Shown here piece by piece: positions 63,868 through 64,000 of a stretch of 64,000 nt of DNA. Position 1 is the stretch's first letter. Each line of letters starts with the position of its first letter. Under the pieces are notes generated by a model. It was not told the origin of the DNA. It did no database searches and worked only from the letters and a program-made list of their open reading frames with translations. The DNA is from Schmidtea polychroa (lineage: Eukaryota). Where the stretch lies: the NCBI GenBank assembly GCA_044892525.1, contig CM097885.1:181226001-181290000 (forward strand), read 5' to 3'. The position numbers and the translations under genes were made by a program.

Positions 63868-64000
63868 TCTAGAAGCTAATTATAGAAGCTGTATAAAAAA
63901 ATTTAAAAATTTTTAGTTTGTGTCATTTTGGAATTTTAAATGGTATTTATTTTATTTTATTTTTAACTTTATTTTTCAATAAAATTTTAAAAGTTTTTTA
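63868..64000. repeat. Right arm of the long inverted repeat (runs off the window)
   Basis: Pairs with 61619-61751. Confidence 0.9.

Noticed and set aside
1-64000. CRISPR arrays, rRNA genes, prokaryotic operons
   Set aside because: None seen; the window is eukaryotic (spliceosomal introns) and the repeats lack unique spacers.

Overview
This is an AT-rich eukaryotic draft-assembly window with 10 N-gaps. (AAT)n microsatellites, a 48-nt intron and the repeat content are compatible with a planarian-like invertebrate, but the taxon is not proven. (1) Positions 1 to ~8 kb hold the right-hand part of a decaying Polinton/Maverick (adintovirus-type) endogenous DNA virus: a conserved structural ORF, adenain-like protease, minor capsid, fibre-like protein, membrane protein, and a protein-primed PolB split by a frameshift and a stop. 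(2) Just upstream of PolB and pointing away from it are three tandem tRNA-like Pol III units (A box, B box, T-run) at 8.06-8.61 kb. This is the most novel-looking signal and may be a VA-RNA-like cassette. (3) A NeSL/R2-type RLE non-LTR retrotransposon pseudogene follows (9.2-12.6 kb) with an apparently catalytically dead Ulp1-like domain, then C-rich tandem repeats. (4) A cofilin-RACK1 chimeric pseudogene lies at 14.7-15.2 kb. (5) A complete six-exon Tbx2/3 (omb-like) T-box gene is on the minus strand (31550 to 21949, 639 aa by my model). (6) The rest contains hAT, piggyBac and other MITEs with TSDs, two Penelope-like remnants (one with a perfect 178-bp palindrome, one inside long inverted repeats), a 1.4-kb gypsy-like deletion derivative with 94-bp LTRs, and an orphan secreted-type ORF at 50151-50888. 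All family calls come from motif recognition by eye; no searches were run.
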